Translations under genes and position numbers: made by a program | Notes under the pieces: model-generated | What the model was told of the DNA's origin: nothing | Seen by the model: the letters and a program-made list of their open reading frames with translations, nothing else | Database searches by the model: none | Shown: positions 42,801 through 52,704 of the stretch, piece after piece | Position numbering within the stretch: position 1 is the stretch's first letter | Layout: each line of letters opens with the position of its first letter | Assembly (NCBI GenBank): GCA_051362555.1 | Contig: CM120649.1 | Location: 17,126,567-17,190,566, forward strand | DNA length: 64,000 nt | From: Lingula anatina | Taxonomy: Eukaryota; Animalia; Brachiopoda | Direction of reading: 5' to 3'

Positions 42801-45800
42801 GCTCGGGCAATAAATGTGGATGGGATGGTGTCGTGTGGAATCCTATTCCAGCCTTGTCGTAGTGCCTCGATCAGCTGCTGCCTTGGCCAACGAAGGGCCA
42901 AGATATATGTAGTACCACAAGTGTTCAATCGGATTCATATACAGAAAATAGACAGGCCGAGGTAGGACATCCACCCTTGGGATGTCCTACCCCGAATGTG
43001 AACGGGTCATGTCCTGTTGGGAAAAGGTGATATCAGTTTTCTGCTGCATTAACGAGGTTATGTGAGGTTGCAGGATCTGATCTATGTACTGACGAGCAGT
43101 TACTGGTATGTTGCCATCAACGACCACCATCGGTTGACCGCCAGCAAGCGTCGACGCACAGTGGGGCTGCTGCTCCGGTTGTTGTTCCTGCCGGGTGCTT
43201 CTTGTGCTGTACGACTGGCATGGCGAAACTGCTCCCGTAGCTGATGCAACCTGGTGTAGTGATCCTGGTCTGAAGTTGACACTCTCTCGCCCTGGCTGCG
43301 GTATATCGCTAACAGAGCCTGGCATGTTGTGGCATTCAACCAGGTTCCTGATTGTGGGGTGGGAACAGCCCATACATTATAGCTCAAATCAGACTCCCCT
43401 CACACCCAGTGCCCAGAGATGTACGTTGTTCACATGATAGACATGACATGATTCCGTTCACTGGACTAACAACATGGGTGACCTTTTTTGGGCCTTTACA
43501 GGCCTCCAAAACCAATCCTCAAAATGTGCAGATGCCCACTGAGTATTGCTCAATGTGTATTTGGTCCATTTTTGCAAAAAAAAAAAAAAAAGCTTACCCA
43601 TGAGCAATGAACCATGGCAACATGACAACTCATCATTATCTTAACTACCCGAGCACTAAGTCATCAATAAATGCACAATGGATAATTACATCTACCCTAC
43701 AAGTAGAAAAATGCATACATTACTATCTCAAAGCTTCCATTATCTGTAAGTATATATTGGCAAAAATAACATTTCGAATACATGATGTCGATGGATAACC
43801 CTCGCATATCCCCGTACTATGTCACGTTGTCCAGAATAGCTGACTTCATGGGCCCTAACCTCTGGGTTTGTATACCCCTGCTTGGATCTCGGTTATTTAT
43901 AATAAAATTCATTGTTAAACAACAAAAATGCCTTTACCCATAGCTGTTAAAATATTTAAAAAGTTTACAAGAAAAGGATAAGAATAGTCCAACCTGAAGA
44001 AAACGATTTGACGCCTTTTTTATTTCAAAATGATTTAGTTTACGCATACTAGAATGATAATACCTTTTTATTAATTTTTGATTTAGAATGGAAAACTAGT
44101 TGTCAGGACTGAGATATCCGCAATCAATGTTGATCATAGAGCAGCATTGACGGACATATTGGTTTTCCTTGTTTGTATCATTTAACCTAAAAATATGTTT
44201 TATTGTGTGCTGTGTCTTGAACGCAGGTATATCGTTTTTCACTTTATATATGTATTTATATTTGTTCCAGTTAAAGTGTATTTCAGTTAAAAGCCTTGTA
44301 GTTTTACAGTTGTTTCTTTGCCCTTCCATTATGTTTTGGAGGCCATTTTTATTAAAATAACTTGCAAAAATGAAATAAATGATCGCACTTTGCATGGACA
44401 TAAATATAAATATGCAATGATGAACAATGGAGTGAAGCATTATTTTTTTTTTATTTGAATGTATGGCTCTCGCTATTCACATAACAAATTGACGGCCATC
44501 TTGAATTTTGAAAAATTGTCAATATCTCCTACGTATCAACTGGCAAATAAAGTCAAGCTTATAAGCTTCTCTAAGTTTTGTAACCCAGATGAAACAATTT
44601 CTTTTAAAAAAGCTTGCAAGATATAACATAGCAAGCTTTGACTATGGGGCTCGTCGGAGTGGCAAATGGACTCTCAGGAGATGGCACCGTCTGCCACCAT
44701 CTGATTAATGTCAAATAAGCAGTTTCTGAGAGTTTAGGATCATGACTAACAAATTATCATAATGGACATAAATAGAAAAGGCAGAAATGTTTTTAATAAG
44801 ACTTAATTTGCAAAAAACGAACTTATTTTGCAGCAGTTTTTACTTTCTGCCTTATGTTTTGACGGCCATTTTGGCTTTTTTGCTATATGTAACGTGCTTA
44901 AGTGTATTCACTAGTACTGTTTTGCTCTCCTGATAGGATACACGTTCAAAAAAGCTGTCAATAAAGTTTACCCGGCGACTTCTGCTCGTTTTTCTATTTT
45001 TTCTCATAAATTGACGGCCATATTGAAAAATGCTCAAGGTCTCGGAAATAGCAACCAAGCTAATTTTGCTTCTCTCGACCTAAAGAATGCATTTCAGCGA
45101 AAAAAGTTTACAGGAAAAAACATTGCAGGGTTAGCGTTCTGGCTACTCGACTAATAATAAGGCAGACGCGTAAACATCTGTATGCGTTGTCTTTATTGCA
45201 TATATAGAGAAAAAAATACAAGAAAAAAAAACAGAATTACCTCTGAAAAAATGGTCCGATCAAGCTGTTTTTTTAACTCGACCTGTATTTTGTGAATGTG
45301 CATCGGTTGTGTAGGTAGTCAATAGATCAAATGCTTTTCTATTTATCTACTAATCGTGTTATCTCTGAAAGCGCACGGAGACGGCAACGACGGCAATGAT
45401 GACGACGACAGCAGACGTCTATTACAGGTGATTGTTTGACAGCTTTGTCGCCTTGTTTCCTGTATGTATCTACACATATATAGAAAGCTAGACATGAATT
45501 CAAAGACATTCTTTATGAGGATAGCTAGGGCCGTGCTTAGACTATCTCACGAAAAAGTGGAGTTGAACAAAGACAAGTGTGGGGTGCAACACATGAAAAA
45601 AAGCTACATTTGACGCATGCTTTTTATTTCTCCAGGCTGGCCTACATCTACAAGTGTTGACGACTGTGGTCATGGTACTCACGTGGCCGGTATCATCGCG
45701 GGAACCAATTCTGGCGTGGCAAAGCGTGCTAAAATCATTTCCGTGAAGGTTTGTTCATGTTCTTGGTGCGCTCTTTCCGATATATTGAATGGTTGTCTGT

Positions 45801-46324
45801 GGGTAAAAAAAAGAGTGAAAAGCACTTGGCAACTCTCCGTTGTTAACTTAAGTCTCGGTGGGCCGTTCCTCAAGTCTCTGAACGACGCAGTCGATGATCT
45901 ACTCGCTGCTGGAATCCCCGTAATTGTTTCAGCTGGTAATTACAATGAAGACGCTTGCAATTACTCTCCAGCCAGTGCGACCGGTGCACTCACTGTTGGC
46001 GCGTATGATGTCTATTACGGTAAGGCTAGTTTCAGTAACTATGGTTCTTGCGTAGACTTGCACGCCCCGGGGGTGGATATCGGATCTGCTGACTACCAAA
46101 AAAACTCTGGATACGTTAAAAAGAGTGGCACCTCCATGGCAGCCCCGTTTGTGACCGGCGCCGTGGCTGCCTTGTTGCAGGTCCTCAGAGATGGAGGGGA
46201 TATCAACTCACCCTGTCCCCCCGCCGTCAATTCCGCGAACCATTACATCAAAGCTATGGCAAAAGACGGTAAACTTTCCGGGGTCAATGAAGCCAATAAG
46301 GTTTTATATACTCCATGCCTCTGA
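27825..46324 (+). CDS. Secreted S8A serine protease, paralog C, ~440 aa, with TE-expanded introns
   Basis: Exons 27825-28026, 28629-28712, 33654-33744, 33988-34108, 34848-34983, 45636-46324, with the same phases as A/B and an open frame throughout. VVDTG, HGTH and GTSMA are intact. Intron 2 is 4941 bp and intron 5 is 10652 bp. Confidence 0.9.
28763..28980 (+). mobile_element. Harbinger-like MITE copy in intron 2 of protease C
   Basis: Shares ctccctgggggttca...taattacccccttacagcttttagtaggcgg...gatagatcgat with 24947-25172. Confidence 0.8.
29007..32520. mobile_element. Old DNA-transposon-like insertion with inverted arrays of short subterminal repeats
   Basis: tattaccacttcataggataa at 29007 is the imperfect reverse complement of ttatcccataaagtggtaata at 32486. 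Repeated acttcat motifs at 29010-29115 are mirrored by atgaagt motifs at 32400-32520. Confidence 0.55.
29680..29900 (+). mobile_element. Helentron/DINE-like non-autonomous fragment
   Basis: Starts tttttatccccgc, followed by ccgtccgt microsatellite-like units and a ttgaaactt motif, an architecture typical of these elements. Confidence 0.45.
33374..33547. mobile_element. Hairpin MITE
   Basis: 40-bp TIR taag(g/a)gagcatt(c/t)acatcgagaagagccgaggtctagtaa plus an inner palindrome taatcctttaatggtctct...agagaccattaaaggatta. Confidence 0.85.
34420..34640. mobile_element. Diverged relative of the Harbinger-like MITE family in intron 4 of protease C
   Basis: Shares attcccagagatt and gaacgtgcacggaaattaattacccc with the family; internal inverted repeat ttgctatcaacttaag / cttaagttgatagcaa. 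Confidence 0.65.
38862..39030 (+). mobile_element. Helentron/HINE-like fragment
   Basis: ttattacctcttccgagaaggtcacattttcacc...attttggtggtgatc resembles a widespread aquatic-animal repeat family. A related end in reverse orientation lies at ~17870-17900. Confidence 0.45.
39407..39632 (-). mobile_element. Harbinger-like MITE nested in the inner long-TIR element
   Basis: Flanked by tta on both sides (39404-39406, 39633-39635), the TWA TSD typical of PIF/Harbinger. Reverse complement of 24947-25172. Confidence 0.88.
42560..43600 (-). mobile_element. Decayed Tc1-family transposon nested in the outer long-TIR element
   Basis: Remnants GCSHPTIRNLV..GSVSDIPQPGR, STSDQDHYTRLHQLREQF, SPTVRRRL, VTARQYIDQILQPH..FSQQD and QQLIEALRQGWNRIPHDTI lie in several frames. 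Boundaries are approximate; a second TIR was not found. Confidence 0.8.
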
Positions 46325-46709
46325 TTTTTTTCCAGCCAAATAGAATCAACGTACGTATGTACTAGATCTACACGATTTGGCTTTCGATGTTCACACAGCA
46401 GACTTCTCCGACGGTAAATTTATATTATATCAATAATAAATTTATCACTGCAAAACAAGTTCATGCGTGCCATTCTTTCTTTTCTATAATCTAATTTTCA
46501 TTGACATTTGCCTTTTTCTATGCAAAATAAACAATCTATCACGGATCCACGTCAATTATAGAAGCAAAGGTTTGGCTCAGAGAGGTACATTACAATGCTA
46601 GTAATGACCGTACGTTATAATAATTGGTGTTAATTAAAACAATCGTAAAATATAAAAGATAAGGTACATTAGTCCGTCTTAAATACATGTAACAAAGCAA
46701 CAATAATAA

Positions 46710-47300
46710 CTAGACTGCAACTGGCTGACGCCAGTGGCGGAGGATTCCCCTGATAAATAGGTGTGGGAATGCTTTCGTCAATCAATAAAAGATAGTGTGT
46801 AATAGTTTATTGACCTAATGACCCCTTGACTTAATTGTGAGTTATGTTAACAAACTATTCTAAGGCAGTATATCTGTATAATAGCAGGTATATGGAGGTA
46901 AGACATAGGCAAAAATGACAAATATAGATAAATTGACCTTTGAACTTGAAGGTAATGGGCACTTACAAGGTCATGTGAAGGTCACGGGTTAAATTTGACC
47001 CCTTATTCTGAAAGAGCATGTGCGAATTGGGGGGGGGGGTGTCAACAAAACATCACTTTTAGCACACATCAGTATTTCTCCATGAAATAGCCGAATGACC
47101 TTGAAAATGAGGGTCAAGGTCAAATTTGACATTTGATTAGGCTGTTTGGGGTATATGTTTGGGGTAGTTTACTATAGCATGCTATGACCAAAAACCAGTA
47201 TTTCATGGAGAAATTACCAAAGTCGCGATTTCTGTAATGTCATAAATATTTAAAAATCTATATATAAAAAAAATTAGCAGTCGCTATGAAAGTTTGGCTA
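46710..47300. repeat. Unclassified interspersed repeat rich in TGACCT/AGGTCA motifs
   Basis: Multiple tgacct, tgaccttgaa and aaggtca motifs in both orientations; abuts the truncated 3' end of the glycosyltransferase pseudogene. Confidence 0.5.
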
Positions 47301-47329
47301 ACCTTAGATAAATATATAGGGCATCATTT

Positions 47330-49111
47330 GCCACTAAGAAAACACGATCCATCCGTCTCTGTATCATTAACGCTGTTGCCACAGATGAATTCTGGGAAAC
47401 GCTCCGCTACGCGAGTAAAAAGCACTGGCCCGTTTGCTGAATAATTGATGGAATCGTAGTGTCGAAAACATCTCCTTTATCCATTCACCAATGAAACGAT
47501 TGCGTGGTTGGAATTTCAAAACTGCACTGTTTAATTTCGTTGCATTATCATTTGCCCAAGCGGTGACGTTTTCGAGAGAGAGTCCAAGCGCTTTAGAAGT
47601 ATTGTGTCAGTGTCTAAGTATACCCCGCCGTATAGGTAAAGCAACAATAAACGTACCAAGTCAGTCTCGTGAGCAAACCAAAATGGGCCTTGGACAAGTG
47701 AAGGCACTTGTTCGAAAAATGTCACTGTATATGCTTTGAATGTTTCTGGATCCAGTTGCACCAAACTATATAACACGTTTTCCACTGAAATGTTTACAAT
47801 CTTAACATCAAAGCCTCCCTGAAAGTATAACAATTTGTTCTCCTGACATCACTGTTCTGTAAATACGTACTTTACCACGTGGGTAAAAGAATGCTCTCAA
47901 GGGAACGATGATTGATTCCGTGGACTCATGAATGGTGTCGTATACATCTGATAAAACGTTTACACAAATTCTTCATCTCATTCTCTTTCTTGATTTGTAA
48001 TAATTTGATCTTTTTGGATAGTTTCCCAGAATGTCTTTGTAGTCTCGCATCGGGCTTTTGACTTGAAATCGGAATCATAAATATCCAACAGGGGAATATG
48101 AGGCACCGGAAACAACGAACCTACAATTAAAAAAAGACGAAAGTAGCTTGGTTAAAAATTTAACTCTAATTTGCAATAGACTTGATAGAAATAGTCCCCA
48201 TATTCCAGACACAGGCCTAACAGTAATTGTGCGTCACAGACCACGTGACCTCGTTGCTCATGAATATCCAGGCCTAGTGAACAGGGCCATTTCTGAAGCT
48301 CGATATTTTCAATATCAATTAAAAATGATATTTTGATGTAAAATTGATAGTTAGACGGTGATAGTTGGACATTCACCTTTTCACCGTTCCATCCATTCTA
48401 CATTCCCTTTTCCTTTAATATTGTTGAGAGCACTTTTAACTCATATTGCCAGTGTACAAGGTATTACCATTAAGATACTTCAAAACAGAATGTCTGAACC
48501 TGTACAACCACATCCAGATACAGCATATTTTAACTGTCCAAGTTTTTTACTTTGCTCATTTGAAATTTGAAACGATTTCATAATTTGCACCAATCAAATA
48601 AAGAGAATCAAACCATAGCATGTATTGTTCACTAATAACACCTTTATACTCTACAGCAACCTGTTAACGTTTGAACAAAAGCTAATTACAAATAAACTTG
48701 TACAGTATTAAAGTTGCAAAAATGTCCGACACCGAAGTTTTCGACTCTTTGGAGCATGTCGTCTTTGTTCATTTTTAGTGGTGGCCAGTCAAAATTGATA
48801 GTTAGACGGTGATAGTTGGACATTCACCTTTTCACCGTTCCATCCATTCTACATTCCCTTTTCCTTTAATATTGTTGAGAGCACTTTTAACTCATATTGC
48901 CAGTGTACAAGGTATTACCATTAAGATACTTCAAAACAGAATGTCTGAACCTGTACAACCACATCCAGATACAGCATATTTGAATGTAAAATACCCGGTA
49001 CACGCATTTTTGTTTTCTGTACATACCTTGCAAATCCGTTAAAGTTAATACAAGAGCCATGCTTAAGCATACTAACGCCAATAATGCAATTTTATAGGAC
49101 AGTAGCTCCAT
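47330..49111 (-). pseudogene. Alpha-1,4-glycosyltransferase (GT32, A4GALT/A4GNT-like, DXD) pseudogene
   Basis: HETDLVRLLLLYLYGGVYLDTD motif at ~47610-47680. After a frameshift in a (ct)n run it reads ENVTAWANDNATKLNSAVLKFQPRNRFI, and after a second frameshift HYDSINYSANGPVLFTRV. Upstream is RSLESI, and a signal-anchor exon MELLSYKIALLALVCLSMALVLTL starts at 49111. The C-terminus is missing. Confidence 0.82.
48340..48981 (+). repeat. 191-bp direct duplication (48340-48530 and 48791-48981)
   Basis: The two copies appear identical and are separated by 260 bp of unique sequence. Confidence 0.93.
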
Positions 49112-50081
49112 GCTGTTGCAGGACACCTACTTGCTCTCCGGACACTTTCTCATACAATATTAATAGAAAAAATAATCCGGGTATCTTCACACCAGAGTGA
49201 GTATGGTTTTAAGTGCCCGATTTAAAGTACCATTTAAAGTGTCGTTTAGAGTGCCATATTTAAATATATCACTCTCTCGTGGATAGGTAAAACAAAATTT
49301 TTACTTGTGGTCAATGGGTTTCGCTACATTATAAAGACATGTATTTGGCAAAATAGTCCATTTCACTCCGTTTCTTTTATGCCAAATACTTATCTTAACA
49401 TTTCTGCTATAGCAAAAAACGCTTCGGTACACGAAGATCCTTTTGCTTGCTTTATTCACAACATCACGCACTTCTGCACATTGGGTGACCACTTATCGTC
49501 AATACCGATGCTTCGTAAACTGGGGTGAGAAAAATTTACCAACATAAATGCCTAAATTTAAGGAAAAGTGTCTAATATGACTGCCATTCAAATTTAAACT
49601 GTTTTAAGTGTTTTGAATCACAAATTTGGGGATAAGATGTGTAATGTCAGTAATTGACAGCCACGACTGAATAAGGGGCGGGGGGGGGGGGGGGTTGTAG
49701 AGTAACTGAGTTGGTTGACATGACATAATACCTATATTTATCTATTTATTTGTGCTCTGTTGTAGTTAGTTGAGCTTTCGTTGGTTCTACCTTGTATGTA
49801 AAGGTGTTTATCAATAAAGAATATGTCTATCTATTATATGAGCAGATGATTGTAATGTAAACGGTGAGAAGGTGCCTGGAGATTGAATGAGATACCGGTA
49901 GACATATTAATAAGTCGGCACGTGAATCAACTGGAAAATAGTTTATAAATAACATGAAAGAAAATAAATATAAAATTGTGTATTTGATACATATAACTCC
50001 CTGTGCAGATTACCAGTGAGAACAGTGATGACGTTTTGATCGTCTGACCTGATATGACATCTAACTTCTGGCCTAAAATGA

Positions 50082-50097
50082 CATGGCGGCCATTTTA
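50082..50097. promoter_or_regulatory. YY1-type motif in the probable MGAT5 promoter region
   Basis: catggcggccatttt lies between the divergent glycosyltransferase loci. Motif match only. Confidence 0.35.
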
Positions 50098-50793
50098 TGA
50101 CCTCATATTACACGCCTCCAGATTCTAGTTCGGACACTACAGTTGTGTTTGTTTTGCAGCGTTGATGTAAGTAGGGTAGACTCTAATTATGAGTGTTTGT
50201 GAATAAAGAGTTAATTATCAACGGGCTTTGCTCTTTAGTCTATCTCATATTGACGGATTTAATGTGTTGGTTTGTGTTAGTCGAGGAGGGAACGAATGAG
50301 GGAGAGGGACGTTATGCCGTTGGTGATCCACAGTCACTTTGCTTCGTACTGGTGAATCTTCATCAGTGCGTGATATTGTTTCGATCAGTTAAATCATCCT
50401 TTTCTTATAACTCTATTCTTATCAGTATTTTCATCTTAAAATATGAGTAAAATTAAGGTGAAAATAACTCCAAACTTTGACCCAGCTCAGCAAGTCAATA
50501 GACTCGATCAGTAAGATGTAATAAAACCCATCAATTCAATCATGTTACCAGTACAATGTCTTTTAGCTACTACTACTGGTCTCAACATTTTCATCCTACA
50601 GCCTGGAAAACAATCCCAAAATTCAGACCGGCATGTTAATTATTGCACAGTTTAACAGATTTAAGCCATTTTCACATATTTTATTTCCATTCTATCACAG
50701 TCCTTCAGGTGCTCATCAATGGGTTAAGTTCTGTCAGAACGCTTTGGGAGTTGGGTGGCTTCAACACATGTACCAGTACAGCAGTGCCACAGC

Positions 50794-51025
50794 ATGGCAG
50801 TGGTGAAGGTGAAGCCACTTCGTCTCTTGGCCTTGCTGGGGGGCGCTCTGGTCATATATGGCGTAGTGCAAACTGCCCTGTGGATGAAGAGATCTGTCCC
50901 TGAAGAATTGAAGGTTGACGTTGAATTCCAGAGACGAGAAGGGCAGGAAGTACAGGTATTACCACATACCTCTAATAATTGTTCAAATATTTATTTATTT
51001 ATTTATTTATTTTTAAAATAGATAC

Positions 51026-51063
<38 letters not shown>

Positions 51064-52660
51064 TACAGCGGGCTAGCTCCAGGCCCTCTTTGTTTATGGA
51101 GGGGAAAATATAACAAAAATGCAGGATACCAATTAATGATATATATTTAAGTTCTTGAACCAGTGTTTGAGGTTATTTCTGCAGACCTCCATCAAGGAAA
51201 CTGAATTCACATAAATTAATAATTAATAAATCATCTATATAGAGTCAAGTTAAGTGTGAGATGATACACTGTCACCTGAGCAAAATACATGGAATGCCAG
51301 TATGCCTCATGCATGCCTTAATGAGAGGTATTCAAGGCACATATATCATGAAAGTGTGGCAGTGTGTTGTTTGAAATACAGAGAGAACATACTCAAATTT
51401 CACCAAAAAATATCAATAACAATAATCATTAACTTTTCTGATAACGGTTTCTTTATATTGTTGTTTTACCAGGCTGAAGTACGGCTAGATATCATGGGTC
51501 TCCTGGTCCAGCTCGTTCACCCCTGCCCTGGCAAGCAGTTTGATTGGATGAGGCAAAGAATAACACGCATGTGGCCAAAGTGGAGGAAAGCAGCCATTGA
51601 ACTGAGGGATTCTGGGAAGATTAAACTTGGAAGAAAGAGAAAAAAGGTGATTTGTGTGCTGTTATTGATAATTGTGATGTTAAGTTGTATTAAAAATGCA
51701 GTAACCCCCTACTTTTGAAAAAAATTGATTAATTGATGCTATATACTGTAAATTTTTCTACAGATTCTCCTGCACTTTGGAACTCTAGCTCAGGGAATAA
51801 GATTAGATGAAAAGGCCTTTCTTGGTGAGTAGCATGTGTTTTTTTTAATGAATACAGTCAATTAGCACAATAACTGAATGTAAGTATTATTTTAATTCTG
51901 TGATCACAAAACCCAAAGCTACTTTCTGTCACTATTAACTTTTCATAAATTTAAGTCAGCAATTTTCAATTTAGATCATCATTTCCTCGTATTTTTCAGT
52001 CGTGCACAAAATTAACCATCGATCCTCTCACATGATGCTGGTTTTGAAAATGTGATCAAGCAATTGTTTATGTTTGAGAAACAGGGTTAACACCCTCCCT
52101 CCCCCTCGGTTTGTTTTCAGGTGGCCCACTGGGGGAGCTTGTACAGTGGAGTGATCTGATGACAACTTTATATATCCTGGGGCATGATGTCACCTTCACC
52201 ACAGAGAAAAGTCAGATTGAGTAGTAAGTGTTAATTACACGTAAATGCATGCACACACAAACATACACACGCACAATGTTTGAGGACACGCACACCTGAT
52301 TGGGGGACACACAAACATAAATATGGGAGACTTGAACACACATTCGTGGGCACGCACACACACACATTGCTCCTGGTTTATCAGTATGACGAACGTCTGT
52401 CTGTCTGCAGTGTTAAAGAGAATGTCACTTCTTTGGGCCTAAAAATTTACTGAACGATAATTTCTAGTCATCTATGTGTCATTTTCTGTGCACTTTGATC
52501 GCTTAGGGGTCAGTGAGAGTGGATGTTGACATGACTGGTGTTTAGCATGCTCTGCTGTAACAGTGTAACAGTGGACTGTCATGTACACAGATGTCAGTGA
52601 TGTCAATATCTGGTTGAGAAGTACTCTGCTTCTCATGTAAACATCCAGTTGTTAAGATTC

Positions 52661-52704
<44 letters not shown>

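Larger units (their letters stand above)
35536..45153. mobile_element. Outer long-TIR DNA transposon (Academ-like, non-autonomous), 9.6 kb including nested inserts
   Basis: Termini tagtcgagt(c/a)gcca...tggctactcgacta with a 3-bp ata TSD (35533-35535, 45154-45156). The ~650-bp left TIR is split (35536-35883 plus 41526-41830) and pairs with 44488-45153. Confidence 0.85.
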
